A stretch of DNA of 52,966 nt from Methanotrichaceae archaeon (GCA_963813075.1 CAWEXU010000019.1:1-52966), one strand, 5' to 3'; counted from the stretch's first letter, positions 9,913 through 21,661 are shown. Notes: a model not told the origin generated them from the letters alone. A program made the numbers and translations.

Positions 9913-9985
9913 CTATTCCACCTGTCCTCAGTCCATCTCCGGAATCCCTTTCACATTGCTTCCTGGACCGTACTTCTTATGCGAT

Positions 9986-11117
9986 TTACATAATGTCGTC
10001 TTCGCTGGAAAAGATTCCAGTTGATTCCGGAGAGCTGCTAGGGGCATTGTTGCTGCTTGCAGCGGCATTGCTGGGTGTGGCATTGCTGGGTGTGGCACTG
10101 CTGGGTGTGGCACTGCTGGGAGTGGCACTGCTGGGTGTGGCACTGCCTTCTGATCCATCATCCTTGGTCTGCTGTTTAAGCCTCTCTCTTGCCGCAGCCA
10201 GCCTGGCCTTGGTGGAGCTGACACTGGAATTGATGTTGGAGGCCACAGTGGCGTTCTGTGCGGTGGTGTTGTTGGCCGGAGCCCCGGCTACTGCACTCTC
10301 GTTGGTCGCTGCAGCAGTCACTGGAACCGCCAGGGCTTGCCCGGCAGGCTGAGCTGCGGAGACGTTCTCAGCTCCTGCCGTCCCGTAAACCTGCTCGTTT
10401 GTGAGCTGGCAAGTTATCCAGATCAAAGTCAATGACGATGGGACTCTCGGTATAGTAGCCATACACCAGAGCCGCAGGTCTGCTCTGCAGAGAGATGCCG
10501 CTGAAGCCTACCAGCACCCGATCCTCGCTTGCTCCTCCAGGGGCTATGACCTCGGTATCGAATCCTGCGGTAGCGCTATACGGCCAGCCCCACTGATCGA
10601 GAAGGACGAAATTCTCCGGACTGAATGTCACATCCTGGGTGCCATTGCTCTGGCCACGGACCTGAACCACTATTCCCTGCTCGTCGGGATTGATCAGCCA
10701 GTCTGTGATCCCGTAGTACCTTATCAACAGAAACTCATTGCTCGCCCTGGGTGTGGCCCACCAGTTGATGTTCATCGGCTTTGCACCCACAGGAGTGGCA
10801 ATGATCATCTTGAAGAGGCTGTCCTTTGGAACTACGAAGTATACCAGCTGCCTTCCCTCGTTCAGGGGTTTGTACATCACCGGATCGTAAACCGCATCAT
10901 ACTGATCCACCATTTGATAGGTGGCGTTCGAGGCGTTCATGAGCCCGGTATCCACTTTCAGGATCTCCTCGCTATCATTCAATTCATAGGGCATCCTGAT
11001 CGACCCAAACAGGACGACCGAAGCGTTTCCATCGCTGGCCTGCAGAGGGAGGGCACCTGCCGTGCCCATGACCAAAGCCAGTAATAAAGCTGGAACAATT
11101 AAACACATCTTATTCAT
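9986..11117 (-). CDS. Secreted/cell-surface protein with Ala/Ser/Thr low-complexity tail; probable +1 frameshift near 10408
   Basis: Signal peptide MNKMCLIVPALLLALVMGTAGA; beta-rich repeated domain (YQMVDQYDAVY / FVLLDQWGWPY); tail with NxS/T sequons and SSATP repeats. Confidence 0.7.
10064..10147. repeat. 15-bp coding tandem repeat (GGCAYTGCTGGGTGT, about 5.5 copies) encoding S[SN]ATP
   Basis: Directly visible. Confidence 0.9.
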
Positions 11118-11239
11118 CGAATATCCCCACTTTTGCCATCTTCTCTCATAGTATGGCTGATTTCATGCTTTTTGCCATTGTTTGCATTTTATCATCCGGT
11201 TATATACATTTTATCCAAGATCATTCGCCCCGAATCCCT

Positions 11240-11292
11240 GGACCATGCCGGACCACACCGGATCATGCCAACCATGCCGGACCATGTCCGGG
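11240..11292. repeat. Degenerate 10-bp tandem repeat (GGACCATGCC-like, about 5 copies) upstream of metG
   Basis: ggaccatgcc ggaccacacc ggatcatgcc aaccatgcc ggaccatgtcc. Confidence 0.75.
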
Positions 11293-11360
11293 GGGAGACC
11301 TATTGGGAAACCTATATCACCCTGTTCCATCATATCGAGCGGCGGTGTTCTTAATTGTCA

Positions 11361-13368
11361 ATGCCTATCCTTGTAACCTGCGGCCTGCCCTATGCCAACG
11401 GCCCCTGTCACCTGGGCCACCTAAGGACCTATGTACCAGCGGACATCTTTGTCCGAGGATTGAGAAAGATGGGCAAAGAGGTGCTCTTTGTCTGTGGCTC
11501 GGATGCCCACGGAACGCCAATCGTGGTCAATGCTGAGGCCCAGGGGCTGACTCCCAAGGCTCTGGCCACCAAGTATCACCAGCACTTCGATGAGATCTTC
11601 CGGGGAATGGAGGTAGATTTCGACTTCTTTGGCGATACCGACGATCCTGCATGCCACAACCGCACTAAAGAGATGGTAGAAGCTCTGATGGATAAAGGCT
11701 ACGTCTATCCCAAAGAGATAGACCTGGCCTACTGCCCAAAATGCGAGCGCTTCCTGCCGGATAGATATGTGGAAGGGGAGTGCCCCTACTGCGGCAAGCC
11801 CGCCCGGGGCGATGAGTGCGATATGGGCTGCGGCCGTCACCTGGAGCCGGGAGAGATCAAAAATGCCATCTGCAAGGTCTGCGGTGGCAGCGCAGAGTAC
11901 CGCAAACAGACCCATTACTTCTTCCGTTTATCCGGATTTCAGGACTTTTTGCTCGAGCACCTGCGGAATCTGGGAGGGACCGCCTCGGCCAGGAACTATG
12001 CCACAGAATGGGTGCGCTCAGAGCTCAAAGACTGGTGCATAACCCGCAATATGGCCTGGGGGGTAAAATTTCCAGGCAACAGCGACCTGGTGGTCTACGT
12101 CTGGGTGGACGCTCCCATCGGCTATATCGCCTTCACTGAGGAGTGGTGCACCAGGTCCGGCCGGGACTGGGAGGACTACTGGAAAAAGCCTTCCCGAATC
12201 GTTCACTTCATCGGCGGAGATATCGTCTATCATCACTGCATCTTCTGGCCGGCGATGCTCAAAGGAGCGGGATACACCCTGCCCTCGGCGGTGGTCGCCA
12301 GCGGCATGCTCAAGATCGATGACAAGAAGTTCTCCAAATCCCGGGGGAATGTCATCTGGGTGAAGGATGACTACCTGGATCGAGGCCTTCATCCCGACCT
12401 TCTCCGTTATTACCTGGCCAGCTATACCGCTCATAATAAAGAGGTCAACTTCGCCTGGAACATATTTGCCGATAAGGTCAACTCCGAGCTGGTGGGAGCT
12501 TTTGGCAACTTCATCAACCGGGCCCTCACCTTCAGCGTGAAGAACTTCGAGGGAAAGGTGCCTGAGGGCAAGATCGATGCTGATGTTTTGGCCCGGATCG
12601 AAGAGACCATGGCCGAGGTTATATCCGGCCTGGAAGAGTACGAGTTCAAGAAGGCCACAGACAGCGTGATGACCCTGGCCGATTATGGCAACACCTACTT
12701 CCAGAGCCACGAGCCCTGGAAGCTGGTCAAAAGCGACCGGAATGCCGCAGGCCTCGGTCCTGCGAAGCTGCCTGCAGATCGCCAAAGCACTGGTAATTAT
12801 GATGGAGCCGGTGATGCCGGCAAAGATGCAAAACGCCTGGAAGCAGCTGGGAATGCCCGGAGAGGTCAGCAAGATCGCTTTTAAAGATGCTCTTGTGCCC
12901 CTGGACTCCGGCCAGAGCCTGGGAACCCCTGAGATCCTCTTCGACCGCATGGAGGAGAAATTCGTCAAAGAACTGGAGAAGATCTTCATGGATAGGATAA
13001 AAGAGGCCGGATCCAAAGGGAAGGGAACGCAAGAGAAGAAGAAAGAAGAGATCTCCTTTGAGGATTTCCAGTCCATGGATATAAGAATAGGGGAGATAAA
13101 GAATGCTGAGGCCATCAAAGGCTCGGACAAGCTTCTCAAGCTCAAAGTGGATATAGGGGGAGAGGTCCGCCAGGTGGTAGCAGGCATCGCCCAGTCCTAT
13201 GCAATGGAGGACCTGGTGGGCACACAGGTAGTGGTTTTGGTCAATTTGAAGCCGGCCAAGCTCTTTGGAATAGAGTCACAGGCCATGCTCCTGGCGGCTG
13301 ATGTGGAAGGCAAGGCAGTGCTTCTCAGGCCGAGAGAAGCTGTGGAAACTGGAACTAAAGTACGTTAG
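11361..13368 (+). CDS. metG: Methionine--tRNA ligase with C-terminal tRNA-binding domain; +1 frameshift near 12750
   Basis: [11 protein letters not shown] (HIGH), Zn knuckles, [15 protein letters not shown] (KMSKS), C-terminal Trbp111-like domain. Confidence 0.95.
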
Positions 13369-13373
13369 GAGGT

Positions 13374-15113
13374 ATGATTTTGCTGCAGATAGAGAATCTT
13401 TCCAAAACTTACAGGTTAAATGACAGGGATATCGAGGTCCTGAAAAACATAAGCTTCACCGCCCAGCCGGGCGAGATTTTGGGAATAGTGGGCAAGAGCG
13501 GAGGCGGAAAGAGCACCCTGATGAAGATCCTGCGAGGAATGGAGAGCTTTGATTCCGGCAAGATCATCCTGGACGGAATTACCATCACCCCAAACTCCAG
13601 CGATAAGGAGGTACGGGCGCAGATGGCGGTCACAGCCATACACCTGCAGAGGGACTTTGCCCTCTGGACGGAGACCGCCCTGAATAACATAGTGCGACGA
13701 ATTCATTCTCGCAAGACGGGCTATGAGGTCCTGCCCATACCCGAGAACGCTGATTACGATGCAATGTACAAAGAGGGGCTCTTTTACCTGGGCCTGGTGG
13801 GCCTGGAGAAGAAGGCCAACCACCTGGCAACCATCCTCAGCGGCGGCGAGAAGCAGAGGCTTGTGATCGCCAGACAGCTGGCCAAAAAACCCAAGATCCT
13901 CTTGCTGGATGAGCCGGCCACCATGGCCTGCCCGGCGACAAAGCAGGAGGTTTTGGATGCCATCAAGAACGTCCGGGATAAGCTCGGCCTGACCATAGTC
14001 GTCGTCTCCCACCTGCCGGAGGTCCACGAGTACCTGGCGGACAGGCTGATCTGGCTGGAGAAAGGCGAGATCGTGGCGGTTGGAAAGCCAGGAGAGATCC
14101 TGGACAGGTTCCTGGCAGGAATTGGAAAGCTCGAGCCCCTGGCGCCAAAAAGAGACCTGGGACCATTGATCAAGGTGAGAGACCTGTCCAAGAGGAGCTG
14201 CCAGGTCTGCAAGGGAGAGGTCCTTGACATCCTGCGGATGAAGAAGCTCAACTTCGACATAAACAAAGGGGAGATCACCTCATTCATAGGCAACAGCGGC
14301 GGAGGAAAGACCACTCTTCTCAAGATCATGCAGGGGGTCAGAACGCCCGATGAGGGGGCGGTCTATTACCGCTATGGCGATGAATGGGTGGATATGCTCA
14401 CCTACTCGCCCCAGAGGATGAATGTCCGTCGGACTTTAGGGATCATGTATCAGGAGTTCGCCCTTTATGCCGGGGAGACCATCATCGATCAGCTCGCTTA
14501 TCAGATGGGCATTAAAAGCACAGATGTGATTGATTATGCCCGTTCCGTAGCCGAGGAGATGGGCATAAGCGACAAGGTGCTGGATGTCATCTATGCCATG
14601 GCGGATATGTCCGAAGAGGATGCAAAGGCAGCTTTAGAGTCTCTGAAGCTCACGAGAGATATATTCAAAGATCTATTCCCTCGCTTTCCAAACACCGAGG
14701 CCCAGAAGTTCGCCGAGCCCATATTCGACCTGCTGGATTTGGATAGAAGCGTCATGTGGAAGCTTCCCCGGCAGCTGTCCGGCGGGGAGCTGGTGAGAGC
14801 CTCCCTGGCCATTCTCCTTGCCGCCAGGCCAGAGGTTATGATTCTGGACGAGCCGTTTGGAGATATCGATCCCATCACATTGCGGGAGGTCTCCAATGCC
14901 ATTAAGAAGATCAACTCCGAGTTCGGGACGACCATCATCCTGGTGAGCCATCATGTGGATTTCGTCAAGGAGGTCTCTCACCGGGCCATACTTATGGAGA
15001 ACGGAGCGCTGATTGCAGACGGTGATCCCCTCGAGGTCTCTAATGCCTTCCTCTCCCGCTGCAATGCCCCCTATTTGAGAAGTATGAAGGAGCGCTACGC
15101 CTTTCATGGATGA
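13374..15113 (+). CDS. atwA: Methyl-coenzyme M reductase component A2-like dual-domain ABC ATPase
   Basis: Two Walker A (GKSGGGKS, GNSGGGKT), two LSGGE, LQRDFAL and QEFALY segments typical of A2, no TM helices. Confidence 0.7.
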   Translation: MILLQIENLSKTYRLNDRDIEVLKNISFTAQPGEILGIVGKSGGGKSTLMKILRGMESFDSGKIILDGITITPNSSDKEVRAQMAVTAIHLQRDFALWTETALNNIVRRIHSRKTGYEVLPIPENADYDAMYKEGLFYLGLVGLEKKANHLATILSGGEKQRLVIARQLAKKPKILLLDEPATMACPATKQEVLDAIKNVRDKLGLTIVVVSHLPEVHEYLADRLIWLEKGEIVAVGKPGEILDRFLAGIGKLEPLAPKRDLGPLIKVRDLSKRSCQVCKGEVLDILRMKKLNFDINKGEITSFIGNSGGGKTTLLKIMQGVRTPDEGAVYYRYGDEWVDMLTYSPQRMNVRRTLGIMYQEFALYAGETIIDQLAYQMGIKSTDVIDYARSVAEEMGISDKVLDVIYAMADMSEEDAKAALESLKLTRDIFKDLFPRFPNTEAQKFAEPIFDLLDLDRSVMWKLPRQLSGGELVRASLAILLAARPEVMILDEPFGDIDPITLREVSNAIKKINSEFGTTIILVSHHVDFVKEVSHRAILMENGALIADGDPLEVSNAFLSRCNAPYLRSMKERYAFHG

Positions 15114-15119
15114 TCTTTG

Positions 15120-16235
15120 ATGGATTCAGAGCTGGAGGAGATCTACCATCAGGTGAGAGAGAGCATTTCACCTGAAGAATTCGAGGAGAAGGTAAAGGAG
15201 AAGGTGGCCCTCATGGCCGGCCTGTGCGACTCCAGGACCGCGGCCATGCTGGTGGCCAGGGACCTGGGCAGCCCCGAGATCCTTACCAAGATCGGGAGCA
15301 TCCGGCCTGAGATGGGCAACATCACTTTTACCGGCAGGGTGATCGCCGTATCTCCTGTGCGGGAGTTTCAGCGATCAGATGGATCTCTCGGCCGGGTGGC
15401 AAACATCACTCTGGGGGACGAGACCGGGTCGGTGCGTGTCGCCCTCTGGGACGAGACCGCAGAGCTGATCAAGTCAGGAGAACTCGCTGTGGACCAGTGC
15501 CTCAAGGTGAGGGGGCTGGCCAAAGAGGGATATGCGGGAACTGAGGTCAGCCTGGGACGGGGCGGCGGGTTCGAGGAGATAGATCAGGATATTCATCCCC
15601 GCGTCGCACCTTACAAGATTGGTGAGCTGAAGAGGGATATGAGCGATGTCAGCCTCCTGGCGGTGGTTGTTGATCCGGGAGAGATCAGAGAGTTCGAACG
15701 CCGCGATGGTGGCAAGGGCCAGGTTCGAGGGGTGACCCTGGGAGATGAGACCGGCAAGATCCGGCTCACCCTCTGGGATGAGCAGGCCCAGATGCCTCTT
15801 CTTGCGGGGGAGACCCTGGAGGTCATGGGGGGCTCTGTCCGGGAGAGGTACGGCCTCCTGGAGATCCAGACCGGTGGGAGCACCGCTGTCCGCAAGAGCA
15901 CTAAAAAGCTGGACTTCTCCGAGAGGATGACCCCGATAGCCGAGCTGAAAGAGGGAATGCTCTGCAGCGTATCCGGCTTCGTCTCCGGGCTGGGAGAGGT
16001 GCGGGAGTTTCAGAGGGAGGACGGCAAAATGGGTCGGGTGGCAAATATCTACATCTCTGACGATTCCGGCCGGATCCGGGCAGCTCTCTGGGGTGAGCAT
16101 GTCGATCGATTGCTTGAGGTTGATATTGGATACCGAGCGGAGATTATCGATGCGCAGGTCAAGAGCGGCTGGAATGAGGGACTGGAGATCTCCTGCGGAT
16201 GGCGCACCAGGATTACTTTCGCCCCGCCTGAGTAA
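15120..16235 (+). CDS. rpa: Replication protein A (three OB folds)
   Basis: Three repeats of VREF.R.DG..GRV..I.LGDETG.IR..LW; directly upstream of radA. Confidence 0.9.
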   Translation: MDSELEEIYHQVRESISPEEFEEKVKEKVALMAGLCDSRTAAMLVARDLGSPEILTKIGSIRPEMGNITFTGRVIAVSPVREFQRSDGSLGRVANITLGDETGSVRVALWDETAELIKSGELAVDQCLKVRGLAKEGYAGTEVSLGRGGGFEEIDQDIHPRVAPYKIGELKRDMSDVSLLAVVVDPGEIREFERRDGGKGQVRGVTLGDETGKIRLTLWDEQAQMPLLAGETLEVMGGSVRERYGLLEIQTGGSTAVRKSTKKLDFSERMTPIAELKEGMLCSVSGFVSGLGEVREFQREDGKMGRVANIYISDDSGRIRAALWGEHVDRLLEVDIGYRAEIIDAQVKSGWNEGLEISCGWRTRITFAPPE

Positions 16236-16280
16236 GGAAGTTAAGTGAGTATGAGAACAGCTACCAGAGGAACTGTGAAG

Positions 16281-17258
16281 ATGGCAATAAAACTACTGGA
16301 AGACCTGCCGGGCGTAGGTCCGGCCACTGCCGAAAAGCTGCGAGAGGCGGGATTCAACTCAATTGAAGCCATTGCCGTTGCCTCTCCTGGAGAACTGGTG
16401 AGCGCAGCAGAGGTTGGTGAGGCCACTGCGGCCAAGATCATAGCCGGTGCTAGAGAAGCGGCAGACGTGGGCGGCTTTGAGACCGGTGACCGCATCCTGG
16501 AGCGGAGAAAGCAGGTGGGAAAGGTCACCACCAGCTGCAAGAGCTTCGATGAGCTATTGGGCGGTGGCATGGAGACTCAGGCCATCGTGGAGCTCTATGG
16601 GGAGTTCGGATGCGGCAAGACCCAGGTCGCCCACCAGTTGGCAGTGAATATCCAGCTGCCGGTGGAGATGGGCGGGCTGAACGGCTCTGCCATCATAATC
16701 GATACTGAGAACACCTTCCGGCCGGAGCGCATCGACCAGATGGTAAAAGGGCTGCCGCCTGCACCCGATGGCCGGATCTGGGAGACGGAGGACTTCTTAA
16801 AGAACATCAACGTGGCCAGAGCTTTCAACTCCAATCACCAGATCCTCCTGGCAGAGAGCGCCATGGACCTGGCGGAGAAGGTCAAAGATTCTGAGAGGCC
16901 GGTCCGGTTGCTCATCGTGGACTCGGTAACTGCCCACTTCCGAGCGGAGTATGTGGGGCGGGGGACACTTGCCGACCGCCAGCAGAAGCTCAACAAGCAT
17001 CTGCACGACCTGATGCGCTTTGGAGACCTGAACAACGCCCTGATCCTGGTGACCAACCAGGTCATGTCCAAGCCGGACACCTTCTTCGGAGATCCGACCA
17101 AACCGGTGGGAGGGCACGTCCTGGGCCATACCTCTACCTTCCGGCTCTACCTGCGAAAGTCCAAAGGGGAGAAACGCATCGCCCGCCTGGTGGATTCGCC
17201 CAACCTGCCCGACGGGGAGGCGGTCTTCTCGGTGACTACCGAAGGATTAAAGGACTGA
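16281..17258 (+). CDS. radA: DNA repair and recombination protein RadA
   Basis: [12 protein letters not shown]h[40 protein letters not shown]. Confidence 0.97.
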   Translation: MAIKLLEDLPGVGPATAEKLREAGFNSIEAIAVASPGELVSAAEVGEATAAKIIAGAREAADVGGFETGDRILERRKQVGKVTTSCKSFDELLGGGMETQAIVELYGEFGCGKTQVAHQLAVNIQLPVEMGGLNGSAIIIDTENTFRPERIDQMVKGLPPAPDGRIWETEDFLKNINVARAFNSNHQILLAESAMDLAEKVKDSERPVRLLIVDSVTAHFRAEYVGRGTLADRQQKLNKHLHDLMRFGDLNNALILVTNQVMSKPDTFFGDPTKPVGGHVLGHTSTFRLYLRKSKGEKRIARLVDSPNLPDGEAVFSVTTEGLKD

Positions 17259-17520
17259 ACGCGGGAAAGGAAGTTTCGGGAAGATAAAAAAAGAAAGGTG
17301 AGGGAGGAGGGGGTGATCCGAGGATGCAGGAGGTGAGGAGCCTTATTCCCGGATCGCCACTTCTACTAGCAGCTTTAAAGAGATATAGACGATTGTGACA
17401 AGAAGTTGTCTATAATGTAGAGAAAGTAATGAGCGATTTCTTCCCCTTCCTTTTTGGCCCATCCGGGATTCTGACCCTTCAAACCCAAAGCTTTAACGTC
17501 TCCAGCGCTCTCCTTCTGCC

Positions 17521-19047
17521 ATGAACCTCGGTCGTCTCTTCAAACCAAAATTTAAGCCACGCATAGCGGAAAGCCCGCCATTCAACTACCTGGATCTGAG
17601 AAGCAAGCCCTTCTACATTGTGGCCTCGGTGGAGGTGGGCAATACCACCACCAAGAGCATCCTCACTGCTACCGATCTGAATACCGGCAAGACCTTCATT
17701 GTGAACAAGACGGTAAAGATGACCCGAGATGTGAGGCGGCCAAAACCAGGAGAAGAGGTCTTTGCCCATACCATCAACGGCACGCCTCTCACCAAGGAGT
17801 CCGTGGCCGAGCTGGTAAAAAACACCCTGATCGAGAGCCACGATAGGGCCCGGCTGGACATCAAGACCGACCTGAACTTTGTGGTGCGCTCAACCGGCGT
17901 TGTGGCCGAGCTGGACTCTCCTGAGCAGGTAGGAATATTCATTCAGGCCCTGGCCCAGGGCTGCCTTGACGCCGGCGTCCCTCCCCGGCTCATGACCCCG
18001 GCGATGAGCATACACAACATCCTGGAGAAGTTCAAGAAATATACCATGATCGAGAGGGTCATATTCATGGGAGCGGTGGCCTCCTGCTTCCCGCCCCAGG
18101 GGTCCACCGGAGTGGAGGTGGTGGCCAATGAGATGGAAGGAGAGCTTGCCACCGCCGGAATAAAGGAGGGCAGCCGCTGGACGGACGTGGACTTTCGAAA
18201 CCCCTGCCTCTCCATGGATTTCGGCACCACCCTGGACGGCAGGGTGACGAGCGAAGAGCTGCCCTATGCTCATACCATAGGCAATCTCCTGGGCCTGGCA
18301 GGGGCCATACCCGATGCCGTGGTCCAGGGCACGGGACTGGTGGACCGGAAGATCGGAGCGACCCTGGACATATTCGATGCCGGCCTGAAGCCCGACTATG
18401 GAAAGGAGGCCCAGGCTTATGCCGACCGGATCGACGAGCTGGTGATAATCGAAAAGGTCCCTCTTAATCGGAAAAAATACGGCCTTGTGCCGGTGAATCC
18501 CGATGCTGCGGCCAAGAACAATGTGGTCCTCATCGGCTGCGACGTGGGGGTGAACGGCAGCGACCTGGAGAAGCTCTCCGCAATCGGCGCGGATATCAAT
18601 AGCGCCAAAAGCCGAGATCTGAAGATTCTATTTGGCGCTCTGGACCTGGCCATGGCCCGGGTGGCCCGCCGGCTGGTCCAGGTTGGGGTCGAGGAGGGCA
18701 TAGTCACCGGCAAGACGGCCATCGGCGTGACCGGCAGAGCAGGGATCACGGGCAACAAGCCCCGCCTGATCTTAGAGGAGATCGATAAGCTCGGGCTGTA
18801 TGATCAAACAGACAGAAATGTGGTCTTCGTGGACGATGGACTGGCCAGGGGAGCAGCGGTGATGGCCAGGTGCATGAACTCCATGGGCACTCCCAGAAAT
18901 CCGTTAGGAGGGCTGCGCAATGGGGCTTGCATTCTCAAGAAGAGGATGAGCTATGAGGTGGAGAAGGGTCTGGTCCCTGCCCCCCAGGAGGCCCGACCGG
19001 GTAGAGACACCCACGATTACTTCGAGGGAGGCCACAAGCGAGAATGA
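17521..19047 (+). CDS. Methanogenesis marker protein 14
   Basis: VASVEVGNTTTK, FVVRSTGV, NEMEGEL, DFGTTLDGR, DDGLARGAAVMARCMNS. Confidence 0.9.
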   Translation: MNLGRLFKPKFKPRIAESPPFNYLDLRSKPFYIVASVEVGNTTTKSILTATDLNTGKTFIVNKTVKMTRDVRRPKPGEEVFAHTINGTPLTKESVAELVKNTLIESHDRARLDIKTDLNFVVRSTGVVAELDSPEQVGIFIQALAQGCLDAGVPPRLMTPAMSIHNILEKFKKYTMIERVIFMGAVASCFPPQGSTGVEVVANEMEGELATAGIKEGSRWTDVDFRNPCLSMDFGTTLDGRVTSEELPYAHTIGNLLGLAGAIPDAVVQGTGLVDRKIGATLDIFDAGLKPDYGKEAQAYADRIDELVIIEKVPLNRKKYGLVPVNPDAAAKNNVVLIGCDVGVNGSDLEKLSAIGADINSAKSRDLKILFGALDLAMARVARRLVQVGVEEGIVTGKTAIGVTGRAGITGNKPRLILEEIDKLGLYDQTDRNVVFVDDGLARGAAVMARCMNSMGTPRNPLGGLRNGACILKKRMSYEVEKGLVPAPQEARPGRDTHDYFEGGHKRE

Positions 19048-19097
19048 GTTGAAGTTGATAAGAAATTGATGAGAGATTGATGAGAGATTAGAAGAAG

Positions 19098-19817
19098 ATG
19101 CCGCCCTCTAGATCAAGTCCTCGGGCCAAAGTCGAGGAGGAAATTCCCGTATCCGTGCTGGGAATAGAAGAGAAGGAAGAGACGATATGGATCTGTAAGG
19201 ATTTGATTCCCGAGGAGGAATTTCCTCCCTGCATAAGGAATATCATCAGAGGATCAGGGAGCGAGAAAGGCAGGCATCGGAAGGGGGCGATACTGGCCTC
19301 ATTTCTGGGCCAGTGCGGCTGGAGCGAGGGGCAGGCCGAACCCCTGTGGCGGGGAGCCATATCTGCAGAGGAGAGGATCTATAAGATATGGTTTAGGAAG
19401 ATGAACTGTCCGAAATGCGAGACTATGCAGCGGCAGAGCAAGGGATATCCTGACCTGGGCACAGAAGACCTTGAGCTATGTCAGCCGATTGAATTGTGCC
19501 AGAGGATCAAAAGCCCGGTGGAGTATGCCGCCGGTCTATTTACTGAGGTGGACCTCTCCCGCGGTAGGCAGGAGCATATTAAAACCACATTCCTTGCCCA
19601 TCTATTCAACTGGAAGACCGGCAAAGAGTTCGATATTGAACTATCTGGAGAGGAGAAGGCGGATCTGGAGAGCCTGAAAGATAAGCAACTGGAAGCAGAC
19701 AGCGCCAATAGCACTCTCATCTTCACCTGGGCCAGGGTCCGGGGAAGGCTCCGTCCCAGGTTTCGTCTTGTGGAGACAGAGCTGCCCAGAAGGCGGATGC
19801 TATCCGAGCTACTGTAG
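19098..19817 (+). CDS. DNA primase large subunit (PriL) C-terminal Fe-S domain-like protein
   Basis: FPPCI..I...GRHR..AILASFL...GW ... CPKC ... LC.P...C..IKSP.EY. Confidence 0.65.
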   Translation: MPPSRSSPRAKVEEEIPVSVLGIEEKEETIWICKDLIPEEEFPPCIRNIIRGSGSEKGRHRKGAILASFLGQCGWSEGQAEPLWRGAISAEERIYKIWFRKMNCPKCETMQRQSKGYPDLGTEDLELCQPIELCQRIKSPVEYAAGLFTEVDLSRGRQEHIKTTFLAHLFNWKTGKEFDIELSGEEKADLESLKDKQLEADSANSTLIFTWARVRGRLRPRFRLVETELPRRRMLSELL

Positions 19818-20052
19818 ATGAAATAGAGGGCATCTTTGCCCGTCTGTGGAAGCATTGACCCGCGGGGTGGGAGGGAGAAATGAAGGTCATCGTCTATGGG
19901 AGCACAATGCGCCTGATAAAAATATTTCTAATATACAATTTTGTTACCTCCGAATAGTAGAAAGATATCAAAAGAAGGTGGTAAAAGGAGGAGGATGATC
20001 CACAGCATCATCCTTATCGGTTTGCATTCGTGACAGTATTACGGGATCCCTC

Positions 20053-21661
20053 CTATTCGCTTATCGTTATCCAGGCGTCGAGGATCGCCTCTGCCTCGTC
20101 GCGGTAGGCGTTCATCACATAGTCTATTCCTGATACCCGGGCCGCCTCCTCGGTGAGGGCCATCAGGTCCTTTCTGGAGACGGTCGAGAGGCGGAAGTTT
20201 CTTGATCCGGCCATAAGCTGCTGCATTCCCGTCTTGAACTTCTGGCAGTAGGTGTACAGGGCCACTGCTCCCCAGGGGATCTCCTTCATATCATTGCCAT
20301 ATTTGGCATGGAGGTCCTCGTAGGAGACGAATATCTCCTCTGGCCGGCTGCCGTACCGGGAGACGCTTGCCGGCAACTCTCCTTTCTCCAGCCAATTGCC
20401 GATGTTCTTTCCCACCATTCCCGGGATCATCAGCGCCCGGCCCATGCATATCGCTTTGACGAAGGGCGCTCCCATGGCTATGGACTTGAAGACCCCGTCT
20501 TCAGTGGAAAAGCCTCCGGCCATAGCGATATCCGGCACCTTCTTCCCCCGGCGGGATAGCTTGGTGGCAAACTCATAGACCAGCGCTTGCAGGTAGAAGG
20601 TGGGAATGCCCCATTCGTTCATCATCGGCCAGGGGCTCATGCCCGTCCCGCCCGGCGCGCCATCGATGGTGAGAAGGTCTATTTTAGCCTCCGCCCCGTA
20701 GCGAATGGCCATGGCCAGCTCCGCCATGCTGTAGGCTCCCGTCTTCAGGGTGATGCGCTTGAACCCCAGGTCCGCGCAGGCGATCGACTTCATCGAAAAA
20801 GCCATCCCGGGATACAAATCCCAGGCGGGAGTGCCTCTCGAACTCCTTTATCGCTCCGGATTTGTAGGCCATCTGCACCTCCAGGTTCCCCGGATCGGGC
20901 TGGACCACATAGCCCCTGGACTTCAGTTCCAGAGCTCTCTCCAGGCGGTCTACCTTGATCTCCCCGCCGATGCACTTGGCCCCCTGGCCCCACTTCAGCT
21001 CGATGGTCTCCAGGCCGTGCCGGGAGGAGACGTACTCGGCAACGCCAAGGCGGGTATCCTCCACATTCATCTGCACCAGGATCTCCCCCCAGCCCTCATG
21101 GAAGCGCTTGTAGGTCTCGATCCTCCGGTCCATCTCCGGCGACCTCTGCACCCGGCCCTGGCCATCCAGCACCAGCTCCGGGTCCACCCCGCAGACGTTC
21201 TCCCCGCAGACGATGGTGATTCCGGATATGGCAGCGCCAACAGCGAAGTGCTCCCAGTTCTTTCGGGCGATGTCCGTAGAGCCCAGGGCGCCGGTGAATA
21301 TGGGAAGCTTCATTGGGACCAACTCACTCCAGCCGTACTCGGTACAGATATCCACATTGGGAAAGATGGATGTGTCCGGCCCCGGCTCCACCCCTTCAGG
21401 GAGGCCGAAGGCTCCCACGGCATAACCCTGGATGTTGAGGTGGGAATAGTCGATGGGGTAGTTCTTGTCCGCTCCGGCGGTCATCTCTCCGAAGGGTCCG
21501 GGATATAGCACCTCTCTTCCCCGGAAGGAGGCCAGCCAGGTCTCGCAGCCGCCTTTGCAGCCGTCTATGCATCTGGTGCAGATTCCGGACATCGGAACCA
21601 CATTTCTGGATCTGTTGAATGTTCCTGTTGCTTCATTGGCATTCGGTCTTCTGAGATTCAT
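20053..21661 (-). CDS. FMN-binding glutamate synthase family protein; +1 frameshift near 20771
   Basis: CTRC..GC..GC N-terminus, IELKWGQGAKCIGGE, TLKTGAY, TIDGAPGGTG, AGGFS, MGRA. Confidence 0.9.

Noticed and set aside
12685..13368. Naturally split metG or programmed frameshift
   Set aside because: No slippery heptamer; one extra G explains it, as at many other sites
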